Positions 1 to 14,143 of a stretch of 64,000 nucleotides of DNA are shown here, piece by piece. The position numbers and the translations under genes were made by a program. The notes under the pieces were generated by a model. It worked only from the letters and a program-made list of their open reading frames with translations, was not told the origin of the DNA and made no database searches. The stretch spans positions 301,940,001 to 302,004,000 of the forward strand of contig OZ024743.1 in NCBI GenBank assembly GCA_964016885.1. The letters run 5' to 3'. The DNA comes from Eledone cirrhosa (Eukaryota). Numbering within the stretch: the stretch's first letter is position 1; each line of letters begins with the position of its first letter.

Positions 1-360
1 CCACTCACCCCAGTCTGTGCCATGATTCGGTCTTGTTAAATGTTTAACTTCTATTACCAACCCACCTAAATTTCCCTACTATTTACCTGTTGAATTACTA
101 TTCTTGGGGTTTTTATTGATTTATTTTTATTGATTTATTTTTTATTTATTTTATTTATTTATTCTTTTACCTATTTATTTATTTATTTATTTACTTATTT
201 ATTTATTTCAAAAAAGCACTCTGGCTAATTGACCACTCCCCAAAGAAAAAAACGCCCTGTACCATGAAGTGGTCCGGTGTACCTAAATACCCCCACCCCT
301 CCACAAACCCTCCCTTACCACTACCTAAATGTATATATACCTGAACTTAATATGACACCC

Positions 361-411
361 AGCTTCCTGAAGATTTCATCTGAATGAAACAGTACTAGTC
401 CTGTAGAAGCT
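361..411 (+). ncRNA. Type I hammerhead ribozyme, family A (PLE pLTR-type)
   Basis: agcttc-CTGAAGA-tttcatctgaat-GAAA-cag(tactagtc)ctg-TA-gaagct. Stem I covaries with the copies at 1853/1927 (agcttc/gaagct vs agattc/gaatct). Confidence 0.88.
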
Positions 412-498
412 CCTTCTATAAAATAAATTTTGTTTTACTCTGCCATGTATTGAGTACCTTACTTACTGTGGTTATCCCCGACTCAACCCGGGACCTAC

Positions 499-630
<132 letters not shown>

Positions 631-1353
631 TAAAATAACAGATTAAAGTTTAAGCAAAGAATCGCTGCTTTCACTCTTTGGATTTTAGTCTTCAAATTTA
701 TTATTATTACTATATATATATATATATATACATATATGTATACATAATATTTTGTTTGTCGATCCACGACCGACAAATTGCAAAATGTAGCTCGGTGCAA
801 TATACCAATGTACAGGCCTGAAACCGAAATTCATGTAAATCATTTCACTTGTTTATTCAAAGTAAATGCGATTTATGTATGTGTGTATATTCTTCTTATA
901 CCAATAACCACTAAATTGTAGAATGGCGGCATTCGTTGATATCTTTCTGGTCAGAACAAATATTTGCATTCCTGCCAGTTACCTAACTGTGATAGCGAAT
1001 GCTAGACATCCCTCTTCGGTCACAGATGTCTAAGTAGAATACTAATGCAACGATACTGGCAGCAATCTGTGAGAGGCATTTCGATGAAAATCTACACCGG
1101 GATCTTCAGACAAATTTCCCACTGACGAAGCTGGTAGATATCAATATATCTGATATACAGATCATGCAACAGAAGCCATGTGGACTGTTTCGTTCGGGAA
1201 TCGTCCTCCGTCCATTATATTCCACTCTGGTCGGAAGAAATATTTGTTTCAATTCCATTGAATGAATTGGTATTTAACTTTTATCAATTCGATGCATGTT
1301 GACACAATGCTAACAACCATGATTCATTTCATAAATATTCAAATCATATATAT

Positions 1354-1518
<165 letters not shown>

Positions 1519-1585
1519 GTTTTAATATAGATGTGATTCTACAGAACTAGAACTGTTTCAATCTTTAGAAATCACCAGAAATCTC

Positions 1586-1636
1586 TGATTCCTGATGATG
1601 TCTAAAGAATGAAACAGTTATTGACCTGTAGAATCT
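1586..1636 (+). ncRNA. Hammerhead ribozyme family A
   Basis: gattc-CTGATGA-tgtctaaagaat-GAAA-cag...ctg-TA-gaatc. Confidence 0.8.
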
Positions 1637-1723
1637 CATTTATATTAAAACTCTTATACTCTGCAATGTATATTGAGTACCTTACTTACTGTGGTTACCT
1701 CCGATTCAACCCCGAATAACGTA

Positions 1724-1766
<43 letters not shown>

Positions 1767-1852
1767 GTACGTTAATCCGGGTTGAATCGGAGGTAACCAC
1801 AGTAAGTAAGGTACTCAATACATAGCAGAGTATACAAGTTTTAATATAGATG

Positions 1853-1903
1853 AGATTCTACAGGACTAGAACTGTTTCATTTATTAGAAATCATCAGGAA
1901 TCT
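1853..1903 (-). ncRNA. Hammerhead ribozyme family A
   Basis: Minus strand: agattc-CTGATGA-tttctaataaat-GAAA-cag...ctg-TA-gaatct. Confidence 0.82.
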
Positions 1904-1926
1904 GGCATTTTTATTTTTTGATACCC

Positions 1927-1977
1927 AGATTCCTGATGATTTCTAATGAATGAAACAGTTCTAGTCCTGTAGAATCT
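1927..1977 (+). ncRNA. Hammerhead ribozyme family A
   Basis: agattc-CTGATGA-tttctaatgaat-GAAA-cag(ttctagtc)ctg-TA-gaatct; intact core and GUA cleavage triplet. Confidence 0.88.
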
Positions 1978-2002
1978 CATCTATATTAAAACTATATATA
2001 TT

Positions 2003-2038
<36 letters not shown>

Positions 2039-3602
2039 TGTTCGCCCTCAAAAGTACGTTCATTAGTCTGCGATCATACACGCAGACAATGATCAAGTAT
2101 ATTAAATCAATTATAACTATCTCAGTATTTTCATGGATACCTAGGTTATTGATCACGCGAGAGACGAGTCGCAAGACAGAAAGAAAGATAATCTACTGGG
2201 TGTCAGATAAAGTATTATGTTATTCGTTTTCCGGTTATGTTGCCAGTTGCAGCCTCACGATAGAAACTAATACTGGGATAAATGAATACACACACACACA
2301 TATATACATGCCAGCATACACACACATACACATACACACATATACACACATACACTCACGTATACACGCACACACATATTTATATGCATATATGTATATA
2401 TATATATATGTATATGTGTCTGTGTGCATGTGTGTGTGGGTGTGCTTTTGCGTGTGTATGTACTTGTGTGTGTGTTTGTGTGTGTGATTGTGTGTGAGTG
2501 TGTGTGGGTGGGTGTATGTGTGTGTGAATCTGCGTGTGTGTATTTGTGTGCGATTTTAAGAATAGCATTTTTGTTATTTAGATACTCTGTGGAAAACGTT
2601 TCCCTAAACTGCATACGTGTAGGTTTTATAAGAACATGATAACATTTCAATAAGTATATTGTTATATTCTTTACATTTTACTATTGAAAGAGCATCTAAA
2701 ATTGGACAATGTACAGTACAATAAATACCATCATGGCATATTAGTAATTCTTGTACGTTTCGTTCAGTTAGGGATACAGCAAATATCTTCAGTAAATATC
2801 CTTATGAAGCTATCTGCATTCTACTAAATATCTCTATTATTGTGTGCTAAATAACTATACAGCAGTCAATTATTGAATCACATCTTTATGATTTATATGT
2901 AAACATTGATATGCATGATATATTGTTAATACATATTAGAATTCCATAAGAATAGTAATACTATTTGAAATAACAGCTTTTCAGTTGTTATCAAGTTTCA
3001 TAAAGGAGATAGGGTTCATTGTAAAGTGCAGTTTCTAAAATAAAGATATAGAGATGTCCACTGGTAGAGCATTTTTATCTTATGTATGCTTGATCGTTAC
3101 TGACCTATGAACAGATGTTTATCTTTCGTACTGGAATGAACATTGCAATATATATTAAATATTATCAAATATTATTAAAGCAATGAAGTTGCAGGCCAAT
3201 GATAAACATTCAAAAGTAAATATTGACCAAAATATGTGCATTTTAATCAAATGAATTTATCTGTGCATAATCCTGTGCATACCTGTGAGATAATCGACAT
3301 TATCTATACGAGATTGTAACACATTTTCACACAATTCAAAATATTACATACATGTGTGTTAATAAATTTACTTTCATCCAAGCGTGCCAAAGTTTAGCCG
3401 CAAGAAATATACTGTTAACTTCGAACGCATTCTGATAATTTCAAGATAGATAAAGTGGATTTCGGGATGGATAAGTATGGGGAACAAATAATCCCTGTAT
3501 CATCGAATCATTATACAGTTCATATATAAAAGAACTCATATATGATTTAGAATTTCTACTTCCGTGCTCATTGAACATTTTATATATATATATATAAAAT
3601 AA

Positions 3603-3688
3603 TCAGGACCCTGACAGTTGTTGTCCGGCCCTTTGGACAGCTAGATCTGAACTAGTTGTCGAAACGGAGTTCAGCCGTCGGGTCCTGA
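3603..3688 (+). ncRNA. Hammerhead-like motif family B with atypical/interrupted core
   Basis: Stem I tcaggacc(c)/(g)ggtcctga, stem II gacagctag/ctagttgtc, GAAA-cgg..ccg-TC; CTGA is followed by about 20 extra nt instead of NGA. Confidence 0.6.
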
Positions 3689-3989
3689 CTCTTTTCTTAT
3701 GACCCACTGCACTACCCTAAGTATCGAGTACACTGGTGCGTTATGGTCCACCTGGTTCGTTACCACTCTTTCAATGTTATATATATATATATGTATATGT
3801 TGAGTATATGTTAGTTGTTTACCGACACCTCAGTATGCAGATTGGAGCACTCGACGAAGTACGCAGATCGGTTTGTTTACTCCGGAGTAATATAAAACAA
3901 TTAAGTTAAATATGTAAAATGTGGCTTCGTTTATTATGTATTATAGATATACTGCTATATATATATCTCGGTGGCAGCCATCATTGGCT

Positions 3990-4390
3990 GTGAACTCTTC
4001 AGGCAGTAAGAAAAGGTGTAGGAAAGACAGGTACACCAAACTTAAAGAGAAAATTAGAATACTCGTCCATGCTGATAACACCAACAAGCTCTGCAGCATG
4101 GACATGGAACTGCATAATAAGCTAATTCTCAGGGAACCGAGGAACTGCTACAAAAAGAAAATGGAGTTACCTTGGATGAGATCAACGCCACACCTTACAG
4201 AATAATTTCCGGACTCGACATAGAGGATAGGACAGCCCCATACCAACCCCATGTAGACACCTCAGGGCTGGGACCTTCGTCAAGCTATATGGATAATAAC
4301 AACACATTGGGATGGCAACTTCCCTCAAGCTATAGGGACAGTAGCCACGCAACACCGAGCCCAAGGTAAACCACCTCCTATAGCAACACA
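3990..4390 (+). pseudogene. Penelope-like element RT N-terminal fragment (degraded)
   Basis: ILVHADNTNKLCSMDMELHNKLI...LDIEDR resembles ILVKSDKTNNLY...IENR in the PLE starting at 46833. Confidence 0.55.
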
Positions 4391-4475
4391 TACTTATACA
4401 TATGTCTCTACATAGATACTTTTGTTTAAAATTATAGATACATAAATAATTACATGTATGTGGATGTGTATATAA

Positions 4476-4596
<121 letters not shown>

Positions 4597-4838
4597 CACA
4601 TATGGCTAGAAATTTAGTCCACGCTTTGCTTTTTCTATCCACTGAATTATTTTTGTATAAGTTCCCAGTGGCCACGTATTGCCTGGAAACTTAGCTGAGA
4701 ATAGACTTCCCTGATGACGAAAGGCTTCTCTGTACACTTCTCCGGAAAGTATGTTTATTCCCTTTCAGAAACTAATTAGTTGGGTGTGAAATTTAAGTAA
4801 GTAAGTTAATTTTATAATTTTCTTATTTTACGTCACTC

Positions 4839-4893
<55 letters not shown>

Positions 4894-5064
4894 GTGTGTG
4901 TATGCGTGTGTGTAAGAGCGTGAACCTAATAAACGTTTATTTGTACTGCCTCTCTGTTTTTGTTCCCGTCCAGGTTTTCACTATATATATATAACAGTAT
5001 ATCTATAATTTATAATAAAACAAGCCAAATTTTACATATTTGAATTAATTATTTTATCACCTAG

Positions 5065-6712
5065 AGAACATCAAAATTGCTCCTGTAGAGTGAAAAGTGA
5101 ATGCCCATTACAAGGTAAATGCAACAACAAGAATTGCACGCTCTGCATGAATGAAAAATATTGGATTTTACAAAACCTTAAATCACCAAAAACCTGCCTA
5201 AATACAAAGACAGAAATGTTCACCAGTTGCCCACACATGAAATCACACTTGGTTTCCAGCTCATATAAACTTAACACACTTTCAGATACTTATCCTCCAC
5301 AAGCTCTTATTCTTCACTTAATTTATTCTCTTTAAAGACTACTCTTTCTGATTTATTTTTTAACCTTATTATTCATTTTATTTTTATTTTTATTTTTACT
5401 TCACATCCACCAGTAACCCCCCCCCCCTTTATTCTTCGATTCACTTACCTACTATCTTCATTTTACACTTTTTACTTCCCTATTTTCCTTACAACCTGAT
5501 TAAAAAAGTCACTTGCGTTTTCCACTCCAGATATTTTCTGTAATTTCGCAGCCAATTTTATATTTTTATATTTGTACTGACTTATTCATAAGGCTGCTTT
5601 ACAAAGAGTATCTATGTGTCTGAGCGTCTTTATGTGTGTATACTTTCTGTATATGTACACGAACGCCTCCGTATGTGCGCGTGCGTGCGTGTGTATATAT
5701 ATGTGTATGTATGAGTGTTTTTATATCTGTGTTTTTACATCTATTTTTTTACATTCTTATTTTTATGTGTGTCCTTGTAAGCGGGTCAATGTGCGTGAAT
5801 GTATATATGTGTGTATGTGTGTATATATGTATTGTATGTATGGGTGTGTATGTGTGCGTGTGTATGTATATATATGTGTGTGTATACAGTCGCGTACGTA
5901 CGTGTGATTAGATATACATGGGGCGATATGTATGTATGTATATACGTGCATCCTGTGTGTGTATGTACGCTGCATACGCTTCAGTCTGCACGTATTGCGT
6001 GTATATATAAATATTTTTTTATAGATATATGTTTCTCATCGATATATGTGTATGTACGCGTGTACCTCGTTTGTTTTCTTTCCTTTTCTTTTCTCTTCTC
6101 TAGTGTTAATTTGACTACTTTCTCTTTCTTTTAAATATTGTTCCATTTTTATAAATATATCGAGAATGACACTTTCTTTTAACTATTACACTCCCTTACC
6201 TCTTTATCTTCCACATATAAGTAATCGCGCGTGTACATGTGTTTATCCGCGTGCCTTCATATTCTTATATGTATCTAACACCCTGTTTATGTATACATGT
6301 CAACTAGATTATAAATTTATTTAAAACTTATATTATATCCGTATTTGTGGTTCTATATACACAAATATACTTGCCCTCATATATATATTTACGCACACAT
6401 TTTCACCATATACACGCATTTGTACATACATACATATGTACATTTGTGAGTGTATATACATACATATACACACACATAACTATATTTCCTTATATTTTTT
6501 TATATATTTTATATATCTAATGCATTACTTTTATTTATATATATATATATATATATTTTTTTTTTTTGCTTTTCTTGAGGAGACTTTCCCAATATTTCAC
6601 TATGTTTTATATTGCCTCGTCCGACGAACGAATGAGGACGTTTCTTTCGTATTCGTCTTATTCGGGAAACCTCTGGTAATGAGGTAATTATATTGTATTG
6701 TTTATTATACAT
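5065..6712 (+). mobile_element. Penelope-like element 3' remnant (GIY-YIG fragment, long low-complexity 3' region, terminal HHR)
   Basis: CSCRVKSECPLQGKC and CTLCMNEKYWIL...CLNTKTEMFTSCPH match the PLE endonuclease ends elsewhere in the window; HHR at 6611-6688. Confidence 0.65.
6611..6688 (+). ncRNA. Hammerhead ribozyme (U4C core variant)
   Basis: attgcctcgt-CCGACGA-long stem II (cgaatgaggacg/cgtcttattcg)-GAAA-cc tct gg-TA-atgaggtaat; 10-bp stem I. Confidence 0.75.
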
Positions 6713-7437
6713 TATATATATATATATACATATATTTGTGTATATATATATGAAAAGATTAACGACACCAACAGATTAGCTCTGACCGTGTCGACAGCTA
6801 TATATATGGAGAGGAGAATATATCAAATGTATGTGCAAATAAATATATTTTTCCTGAAACTGTTTATGTAACAAACACAAACGCATTCGAAATTACTACT
6901 CAATGTTTCAATTTTCCAAATCCTATCATTCTTTTTATTCAGATTTATCCACAAAATGTTGCAATCGGAAAAGGTTGATGATAGTGGCCCTTTGCAATCG
7001 TGTTCGTGACAGTGTGCAAAATGTTATCTGAATGTTATCTGTACACATTTTATATATTGCTTTCTTAAAACTGAATTAAAGTTTGTCTTATAATATATTC
7101 CTTATTAACATTATTTAGATAATATATTCACTGAAACCAGAATTAATATGTGTATTAGGATGCAAAGAAAATTAGAAAGATTTGTGCTTGAAAACCGAAA
7201 AAAAAAAGCCTGATGCTGTGCTAGGAAAACACTGAAATATATATGGTAGAGTGTTTAAATATTTTGTACAACGCAAATAACGACTTATTGTTCGATAAAG
7301 AATATTACGATTTAATTGATTTCAAATTGCAAATGTGAAAAGTGCTTTTCTCATAATGGATATTTTGTCATTTATTTTTCGAAGATGACGCATTATGTGC
7401 ACATACACACACACACATACACGTTCGCGTACACAGA

Positions 7438-7500
<63 letters not shown>

Positions 7501-7569
7501 ATATATATTTATATATATATTCATATGTATATATATTTATTCATGTAAATGAACGCACGCATAAACACA

Positions 7570-7736
<167 letters not shown>

Positions 7737-8131
7737 GATATATGATATACAAACATACAAATTCACATCTTTATGTATATCACCTTATTTGTATGCATCA
7801 AGCTATATTTACATTTGATATATTTTATAGTCACGAGATTTATTGCATTGCTCATTTCCAATAACAGTTGTATTTATTGGGAATAAACTTTGATGTTTCC
7901 TCATATTGGACTTTCATGATTGGTAACATGATTAATGCAGAAGTCTATTGAATATGTAAACGGATTACAACGTGGAGCGAATATACTTGTACATATATGA
8001 TATGTAACCACTTCAAATCTATGATGTATATTCATAATTCAAAGCCTACTCAAGATTCACGTTTCCATAACTTTCTGACACACATACACACGCATATAGA
8101 CACCGCCTGACGCACACACCTCGAAACCCTC

Positions 8132-8203
<72 letters not shown>

Positions 8204-8363
8204 TTATTTATTTATTTATATACAGGGAGTGTAATGCGGAGTTACTGTAGGTTCATCCAGGTGAGCACACGCTGGTTTGGTTCACGTCGGTATCTGTCGG
8301 TATTCTGTTATTGCCAACTAGCCATTGATTACAGAATCGGGCTAGATTGATACAGACCGTACC

Positions 8364-8397
8364 TTAAGCTGATCAATAGCGAAACGCGCGTCACTAA
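8364..8397 (+). ncRNA. Degenerate minimal hammerhead with palindromic stem III
   Basis: CTGATCA-atagc-GAAA-CGCGCG-TC followed by AATAAA; one core substitution and weak stem I. Confidence 0.5.
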
Positions 8398-8437
8398 CCA
8401 ATAAACGTAATCAAGGAGTAAACATTCGTTCTTCTAT

Positions 8438-8532
<95 letters not shown>

Positions 8533-8851
8533 GTTTTTCAAAATTGAAGGATGAGTATTTAAATTTTATTTTATTTTAAGTTAAGGCTCTATTGATTTTT
8601 CCCTGGATTTCACAAAATTCTATGGATAAATCTATGTCTTGATTTTTTCTTAATTGAGTTTCAATTATTTTCCCACATCTTACGTTAATTATCCCTACAG
8701 ACCCTTTGAACTCTCTTCCCACACACTTTTCACCTGAAGAAGGGTTTATGCCCAAAACATCGTTCCCCACCTCCACCCACTCCCAAGAGCGTGAAATTAA
8801 TAAACATTCGTTGTACTGCCTCTCTGTCTTGTTCATGTTCAAATTTTCCAT

Positions 8852-8914
<63 letters not shown>

Positions 8915-9122
8915 CGTTTCTGAATTTGTTTAGCAAGATTCTTCATCTGAAAACGTGTGTTGAAACCGATATTGTTATACTTTGGGAGTGTCATGTTACC
9001 AATAAGAAACACATGCACCAATAACTTTCACATCAATTTATTATAATTTATTTATAAATTTATGAATTTATAAATTTCCGTTTGGTAGGTTGGTTCCACA
9101 ACCAGATGGTTGTTTATATATT

Positions 9123-9165
9123 GTCAAAGTTCTTTCGTCACACATGATGTGACCTCTTCAGTGAC
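9123..9165 (-). ncRNA. Minimal hammerhead motif (left arm)
   Basis: gtca-CTGAAGA-ggtcacatcatgtgtgac-GAAA-gaac-TT-tgac. Confidence 0.65.
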
Positions 9166-10176
9166 TGGGGACATATTTTTTTTGTTTTTGTGCCTATCCT
9201 TTGTTCTGTCCTACGCCATTTTGTTTCTGTGTATGTGTTGTGTGCTCAGTCTGCGCATGCGCCACATCCGGGTGTCTGTGTGTGTTTATATTCGTTTATT
9301 TATTTGTTTATTTACATGTTACAAGTTGGTTGTTTGTTCTATGTGCGTGTGTGTTTTCATTTTGTCCTTAATTGTAAGTTGTGATGTTGCTGTTCCACTG
9401 ATGTTTTCTATTTAATTTTGGTTGTAATTCTTTTATGTTTACTGCCTCTGTGATTTGTCTAAACATTGCCTCTTTTCTGTGTGTAGATTCTATTTTTATT
9501 TCTATGTACTCTAATTTACCCTTATGTTCTATTTTAGCATGTTGGTAGTGTACAGATGATTCTTTACTATCTTGAAGCTCTCGCCAGTGTTCATTTATCC
9601 GTTCCCCTACACTACGAGCTGTCTCACCTATGTACACTATATTTTTGTCTCGACATTGTCCTTCAGTACATCTTATGCTATATACTACATTTCTAGTTTT
9701 ACAGTTAATATAGGGGCTTAATTTACAGGTTATACATTTCTTATCTATACAGGGGGTCTTTGAGAAAGGTATGTCTTGCTAATAAGTGTTTTTACGGAGG
9801 TACCTGGTCTTTCTACTATCTTAATATTGAGTTTATGTTTATCTAGGGCCCTTCTAAATGTGTAAGCTAATTCACCTCTAGGGGTTGTATCGATGAACAT
9901 TACACTCTGGTATTTATTGCTATCATAACATGAGTTTATTCTATGTGGGACAGCAACATCACAACTTACAATTAATGACAAAATGAAAACACACACGCAC
10001 ATAGAACAAACAACCAACCTGTAACATGTAAATAAACAAATAAATAAACGAATATACACACAAACCGACACCCGGATGTGGCGCATGCGCAGACTGAGCA
10101 CACAGCACACACACAGAAACAAAATGGCGTAGGACAGAACAAAGTAGATGCACAAAAACAAAGAAAAGTATCCCCA

Positions 10177-10219
10177 GTCACTGAAGAGGTCACATCATGT
10201 GTGACGAAATAACTTTGAC
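10177..10219 (+). ncRNA. Minimal hammerhead motif (right arm)
   Basis: gtca-CTGAAGA-ggtcacatcatgtgtgac-GAAA-taac-TT-tgac; stem III degenerate. Confidence 0.6.
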
Positions 10220-10397
10220 AATATATAAACAACCATCTGGTTGTGGAACCAACCAACCAACCGGAAATTTATAAATTCCTAAATTTATAAATTTATTATA
10301 ATAAATTGAAGTGAAAGCAACTGGTGCGTGTGTTTCTTATTGACAACATGACCCTCCCAAACTATAACAATATATATATATATATAATATATATATA

Positions 10398-12570
10398 GTG
10401 GTAGAACACTGGAAGGTAATATCCGTAGTGGTAGATCAATCACTCAATCCATGGGACGAGTTAGGTGCGAGAGGTGTAAGGTATATAACTGCGAAAGTCC
10501 GAAAAGTTTCTAGTTGATAAGAACATTAGGATGTTGTTGTAATTCAATCCGGAGCTTTGTAGTTATGTATGAGGTCTTCTAATAGCACTTTCGTTCTTTC
10601 CGACAAAACTAATAATATTTACGAAGTCGACACCACCACTTTCCGCCACCTGGCCCGTAACGCTATTACTTCCAAATATAAAAAAAGATAACCCTATGGC
10701 CTATAACGAGATTAATACAGAGCCAAATAATTTGCCGCTGCCCTTAAGGTATATAAGAAGCTACAATCTCTAGCTAAGAGGGGGGAGTTCCTCAGCCTGA
10801 AAGATCACAAGGTAGACTTTATTTTAACCCCACATTTAAACTATTAAACCCGGCACGCACAAATATGGGACTAGTCAGTAAGGCCATACTTAGAAACATA
10901 GTTAAGACCATTAAGAACAAGTCCAACCTGTCCTGTGGGAGAACAGCGACTCCATAATTAAGTGGTTTAACTGCTTCACATCCAAAAAAGCGAAGTTCAC
11001 ACAGTGTGACATTGTTGATTTTTACCCATCAATCTCAGAGACCCTGTTAAACAAAGCGTTGAACTTTGCTACCACTTACACTACCGTCGATAGTTTAGAC
11101 AGGGAAATCATCGCTCACTGCCAGAAACCCTCCTCTTCACCGACGGAGTAGCCTGGGTAAAGAAGGTAACAACTTCAGACCTATTCGACGTCTCCATGGG
11201 ATAGTTTGACAGTGCTGAAGTATGCGACTTGGTGATCTATTTATTTTAGACATATTACGTGTTAGATTCCCTGACTTCCACACGGGAATATACTGAGACG
11301 ATGGATTGATCTTATCGAGCCATAAAAGTGGTCACGACCTCGACCGGTTTAAAAAAGACTTAGCTTCTACCTTCAATGAGTTAGGACTTATGATATCAGT
11401 AGCTACCAACCTCTCTAGCGTAGGTTTCTTAGACATTAATTTAGACCTTCGCACACACACCTACATACACTTCCATAAGCTGAACAAAAACTCAATTACA
11501 TTCACAAGGACTAATGCCACCCTCCCACTGTTTTTAGAAACTTCGTAAATAATATGAGTACTAGAATCTCAAACGTCTCCTCTAATAAGGGCGGCACCCT
11601 ACTATAACACGGCGTTAGCTAACAGGGGCTTCTAGCAACCTATCACTTACTCCCCCACTATCAACAACAGAAATAAGAAAATAATCCGTTACAATAGACA
11701 AACCATATGGTTCTCTGCTCCCTTCTCAGTCAACGTTAAAACCAATGTAGGCAAAACAATTCTTGCCCACCTAGATAGACACTTTCCCATAGGTTATAAA
11801 TATGGCTCCATCTTTAACCGACACAAAGTAAAACTTGGATACTCCTGCGCTAAGAACATGAAGGCACACATCACCAACAGCCCTACGGGCTCTTGCCGTA
11901 AGCCCGAAGCTTGTCCCCTTCATCAGCAATGTAACACACCCGCTGTAGTTTATGACGCTGTGGTCACTTCCAAACGACCAAATATACCGCAGGAGGTTAA
12001 ATCCTATGTGGGTATGGCCGATTTAAGGAATGCTTCCTGAACCACCAGTGGACCTTTAGGTATCCGGACAGACGTTCATCCACGAAACTCGCGAGCCACG
12101 CATGGTCCCTCGAGGACTCAAGTATAGACTAATCCATTTAATGGAAAGCCATCACTAAGTCAAAGCTATACGTAAGGGGCAATCCGTCGATTGGACTATG
12201 TATTGATGAACGAATAAATATTCTAAAGAGATTACACAATAGTGATTGCCTAAACACGAGAAATGAATTCTTCACACGTTGTCCAAGCGTCTGGAAACAC
12301 CTCTTACATAACTACAAACTCCGGATTGAATTACAACAACATCCTAATTTTCTTATCAACTAGACACTTTTCGGACGTTCGCAGTTATCTCACTTACACC
12401 TCTCGCACCCATTTTAGTATTAGCTGTGTGAAGTGATCATTTCTGCGCATGCGCGTTCGTACGGTTGTCCTTCCTGCTCCGTATAACCATGTATATTACG
12501 AGGTGAGGATCCGCTAAGGTGAAACAATTGTTCTCGGTATGGTGAACTAACTGTTGTATTGCCACTTCTA
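10398..12570 (+). mobile_element. Penelope-like element, 5'-truncated and decayed (RT + GIY-YIG), with inverted partial pLTR
   Basis: DIVDFYPSI, FDVSMG, GIY*DDG, VGFLDINLDL, AVVY...SYVGM; about 10465-10575 is the reverse complement of about 12300-12410. Confidence 0.88.
12497..12539 (+). ncRNA. Minimal hammerhead (C3G variant) at PLE 3' end
   Basis: cgag-GTGAGGA-tccgctaaggt-GAAA-CAATTG-TT-ctcg; palindromic stem III. Confidence 0.6.
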
Positions 12571-12604
12571 TATTATATATATTTATATATATGCATACAT
12601 ATTA

Positions 12605-12684
<80 letters not shown>

Positions 12685-12687
<3 letters not shown>

Positions 12688-12911
12688 AGCAGGTGAGTTT
12701 TATTGTAGTACAATAAAGCAATACAAATATCGGATAAGTCGCACTCAACAGATCATAGAACTGGTGTATAAATAATATAAGATCAAAAGATGGTTAATAG
12801 AGTCCCAAATATTCTATTATGCGCATTTCAAAAACAAATATCCATACGGCATGATATTTGGTTTTGAAATGCGCATAATAAAATGCATGGAACTCTTTTA
12901 ACCATCTTTTG
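12685..12911. mobile_element. ORF-less fold-back mini-element, family C (HHR cores deleted at the junction)
   Basis: Homologous to 22983-23340; two diverging GAAA-TGCGCA-TA halves are fused inside stem II. Confidence 0.75.
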
Positions 12912-12947
<36 letters not shown>

Positions 12948-13630
12948 CTGTGTGTGTGTATGTGTGTGTGTGTGTGCGTGTGTGTATGTCGTGAGAGAGA
13001 ATGGGGGTGAGACGCATACATAACCTAATTCTATTAACATACACAGTAAGCCTAACCCAATCTGTTGGTCTTTATCGTGTTTTTCTATACTTTTCATGAT
13101 TCCTATATGACGAGAGCTTTCCAAAATAGAAAAAATACAAGTCTTCTAAAGCTAATAATTATCAATAAAGTGAATCAAAATACTTGAAAATCATAAGTGC
13201 TTCATTAAATGACTTTCCGAGAATATACTCAAGGCAACATTCCTTTAAATATTCTTGACAATTGAAAACCAATACATTATTATGATATGTGCTATCAACC
13301 AGTGAGACGTTTACGATTTTGTTTCGCGCATATTGACTGAATCTGCATTCGTCAAAGTCACACAATGATACGTTCAAATCTATACATTTTCGTTGGTAGA
13401 TGTTTGTGTCATATAGGTACACAACTGTACTCAAGTACCTGAAGGTATTTACATTTAGTGTTTCAGTTACAGTTTAATGAATATTGAAATGACTGTAGGG
13501 GAGAATTGGTGAAACAATATACATTAATATATGTGTTACGTACGGGACACAATGATGTGTACTCTTCTTTTATTATCTGAAAACTTACAATTAGAGTGTC
13601 AGACATGTTTCAATTTAGTTGTTGAACAGA

Positions 13631-13689
<59 letters not shown>

Positions 13690-14070
13690 CCCATTGCCTA
13701 TAAAAAATGATTGTCTATGCTCATGTCTAACATGCAATGAATTCGGTCAATTATTGTAAATCAAATATGTAGTATTTCCTCATCTCAGAAGCAGAAGTAT
13801 CTATAGCAAAAATGTTTTAATTCACACGTTTTACCCATGTGATATTAAAACATGCAAATGGCACTTGTTTTGAGTAAGAAGAGACGAAAAATGTCACGTT
13901 AACTGCATAAAAACAAATTGTTCAATATACTGAAGACATTATAAGAAGGTTATACTAGGAAAAAAAAAAAATTATATATCTTTTATTGATTTCCCAAATG
14001 TTTGCGTATATATTTTGCAATCGTGTGAATAATCGGTAACATGACAGTTACTTTTGAGAAAATTAGTATA

Positions 14071-14143
<73 letters not shown>

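Larger units (their letters stand above)
8911..10372 (-). mobile_element. Truncated Penelope-like element: GIY-YIG endonuclease remnant between inverted pLTR arms
   Basis: Minus strand YIGETARSVGERINEH...RQITEAVNIKELQPKLN (about 9410-9940); about 8975-9400 is inverted relative to about 9945-10372. Confidence 0.85.

Noticed and set aside
4704-4750. CTGATGA-c-GAAA hammerhead-like core
   Set aside because: Stems I and III cannot both be paired convincingly; at best a decayed motif.
8733-8765. CTGAAGA-agggtttatgccc-AAAA motif, also on the minus strand near 56813-56835
   Set aside because: GAAA and stems I/III are degenerate in both copies.
9110-10256. Paralogous hydrophobic ORFs (SLRMRHIRVSVCVY...) on opposite strands
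   Set aside because: They are the two arms of a non-coding inverted pLTR, as are 52389-52685 and 55666-55905.
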